36,849 nucleotides of DNA from a virus (Duplodnaviria; Caudoviricetes): the IMG/VR virus record IMGVR_UViG_3300032218_000693, positions 1-36,849 of that record. The stretch is one strand, 5' to 3'. The notes under the pieces are model-generated. The model was given only the letters and a program-made list of their open reading frames with translations, was not told the DNA's origin and did no database searches. Shown here in pieces: positions 35,163-36,849 of this stretch; the first letter of the stretch is position 1, and each line of letters begins with the position of its first letter. The position numbers and the translations under genes were made by a program.

Positions 35163-36124
35163 TTCTTCACCTCGTTGAACGACTTTAGTCTCTCGATAGT
35201 CTTCTCATCTATATTAGAGATCTTATCGATAAGAGTATTAAACTCTTGCCACTCGATAGGATTAACTTCAAAGTTCATCTTCTTAGCTTCGTCGAGATAC
35301 TCAGGATCTCTAACAGCTTTATTAAAAGCTTCTCTCAACTCAGCTACTCTTTTCTCCGGAACGTTGGGAGGAGCTACGAAGGGTCTCAGAGTAGCTAATG
35401 AAGCTTCAACTATCTCTAGTATTTTTTGATCTTGATCAGATTGTACCATCTCGTGTAGAGTTTGTACACCTCTAAAATCAGGATGTCTGTTCGGTCCGTT
35501 ACCAAACTGAAGGACAGGATATATCCCAGAATCTTCTTTCAACCAGTTAGGCTTCTGAGTCTTGATTCCTAAAAGGTTATAGATGACAGCGTCGACTTCT
35601 TTCTGCTCGAGAGCTAAACGAGCTAGTCCAGGATTAGCGTATCCAGTGATGATCTTATAATCTTGTTTTCCGATATCTCGAACGAAGAAAGCTAGACTGA
35701 TTCCGGGATAGTTCTCAGAACCTACGAGCAAGCTTTTGTTTCTCGTGTTAGCCCACACGATAACAGCGTCTTTTCTACCGTCGGCGTTTGATCCGATCCA
35801 GTTAAACTTCTTAACATCAAACCTAATGTTCTCACCACCGAGAACTCCAACCATAGGAATATCTTTATAGATGGCACCGATCGTGTTTCCATCTTTTGGA
35901 GCTACGTTATATAAGTGATTTGTTGCTATGAGACTTGCGGCGCCGGGCATCGTCTGTATGACTACAGAGGGTTGTTCGGGTAAATACTTTGAGATGAATC
36001 TTGATAACACTCTAGCGTTAATGCTATATGTGTCGTTTTCTGAAGGTACGATAACTTTAAGTTGGGTCTCAGCTTGAGCTACACAGGTAAATAAAGTCAA
36101 AGCAATCAATAACGATCTAAACAT
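35159..36124 (-). CDS. tctC: TctC/Bug-family periplasmic substrate-binding protein (copy 2)
   Basis: Signal peptide ending AQA and SD GAGGAG. Motifs MPGAASL.ATNHLYNVAPKDG, FNWIGS, GY.....LALEQKEVDA and RPFVAPPNVP..RVAELREAF. Confidence 0.88.
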   Translation of the reverse strand: MFRSLLIALTLFTCVAQAETQLKVIVPSENDTYSINARVLSRFISKYLPEQPSVVIQTMPGAASLIATNHLYNVAPKDGNTIGAIYKDIPMVGVLGGENIRFDVKKFNWIGSNADGRKDAVIVWANTRNKSLLVGSENYPGISLAFFVRDIGKQDYKIITGYANPGLARLALEQKEVDAVIYNLLGIKTQKPNWLKEDSGIYPVLQFGNGPNRHPDFRGVQTLHEMVQSDQDQKILEIVEASLATLRPFVAPPNVPEKRVAELREAFNKAVRDPEYLDEAKKMNFEVNPIEWQEFNTLIDKISNIDEKTIERLKSFNEVKK

Positions 36125-36140
36125 ACCAACTCCTCATTAG

Positions 36141-36147
36141 ATAAATA
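36141..36147 (+). promoter_or_regulatory. Late promoter box ATAAATA for gp13
   Basis: Intergenic, about 32 nt upstream of ATG 36180. Confidence 0.7.
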
Positions 36148-36162
36148 ATCAAGATCATACCT

Positions 36163-36170
36163 TATTTATA
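36163..36170 (-). promoter_or_regulatory. Perfect T4 late promoter TATAAATA driving the tctC/oxygenase operon
   Basis: Plus strand reads TATTTATA. It is about 38 nt upstream of the minus-strand ATG at 36124. Confidence 0.7.
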
Positions 36171-36179
36171 GGACAGAAA

Positions 36180-36849
36180 ATGGCCGTACCAACGTCAAAA
36201 ACAGAGTTCAAGAACTATTGCCTGAGAAAACTGGGCGCTCCGGTCATTGAAATCAACGTCGACGACGATCAAGTCGATGATCGCGTAGATGAAGCTATCA
36301 GGTACTACTGGGACTATCATTTTGATGGCGCCGAGAAGATCTACTATAAGCATCGCGTGACAAACACTGACATCACTAACAAGTACATCACAATGCCAGA
36401 TAACGTTCTAGGCGTAGTCAACTTGTTTCCTATCGGTCAAGCTCTCAACACTAACAATCTGTTTAACATTCGTTACCAGATCGCTCTCAATGATCTTTAT
36501 ACATTAACGTCAGTAAGCATGGTTCCATATTACATGGCTCTTCAACACGTTCAATTCTTGGAGCAGTTCTTGGTCGGTCAACAACCTCTTCGCTTCAATC
36601 GTATCATGGGCAAGTGCTACATCGATATGGATTGGAATATCGTTAACGAGGGTGATTATCTTCTCATCGAGGCGTATCAAGTTGTTGATCCGGAAGAATT
36701 CCCTAAAGGTTACGGTGAGCGTTGGCTTCAGAACTACGCCACTGTTCTCATAAAAGAACAGTGGGGCACAAACCTTAAAAAGTTTGAAGGCATGAAGATG
36801 CCGGGCGGCTTAACATTTAACGGACAAAAGATTTACGACGAAGCTAGAC
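36180..36849 (+). CDS. gp13: Neck protein gp13, 3'-truncated by the window (absent from the ORF track)
   Basis: Translated by hand: MAVPTSKTEFKNYCLRKLGAPVIEINVDDDQVDDRVDEAIRYYWDYHFDG...KEQWGTNLKKFEGMKMPGGLTFNGQKIYDEA. SD AGGA. Confidence 0.95.
   Translation, partial: MAVPTSKTEFKNYCLRKLGAPVIEINVDDDQVDDRVDEAIRYYWDYHFDGAEKIYYKHRVTNTDITNKYITMPDNVLGVVNLFPIGQALNTNNLFNIRYQIALNDLYTLTSVSMVPYYMALQHVQFLEQFLVGQQPLRFNRIMGKCYIDMDWNIVNEGDYLLIEAYQVVDPEEFPKGYGERWLQNYATVLIKEQWGTNLKKFEGMKMPGGLTFNGQKIYDEAR

Noticed and set aside
66-35429. Other short overlapping ORFs in the track (e.g. 66..416, 1175..1489, 17387..17722, 35151..35429)
   Set aside because: They lie within well-supported genes and have no recognisable motifs.

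Overview
This window is the late structural region of a T4-like (myovirus) phage, probably infecting a Proteobacterium (inference). On the + strand, the baseplate block runs: the end of an Ala/Gly-rich ORF, a stand-alone gp5C-like spike, PAAR (gp5.4), gp25, gp6, gp7, a gp9-like fibre, gp8, and a VrlC/DUF4815-like virion protein split in two. A chain of about 10 modular fibre/adaptor genes follows. It ends in an elongated gp38-like glycine-rich adhesin carrying a duplicated PGPKADPP loop motif. Between the adhesin and the neck gene gp13 (36180 onward) lies an ~8 kb enzyme island: three SGGxDS PP-loop ATPases, three Fe(II)/2OG-type oxygenases, a di-iron sterol-desaturase-family protein and two orphan TctC/Bug periplasmic binding proteins. 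Parts of the island carry T4-type late promoter boxes. The leading hypothesis is a phage-encoded pathway that chemically modifies the receptor-binding adhesin or virion, in a RiPP-like manner. All family calls come from motif recognition by eye; no searches were run.
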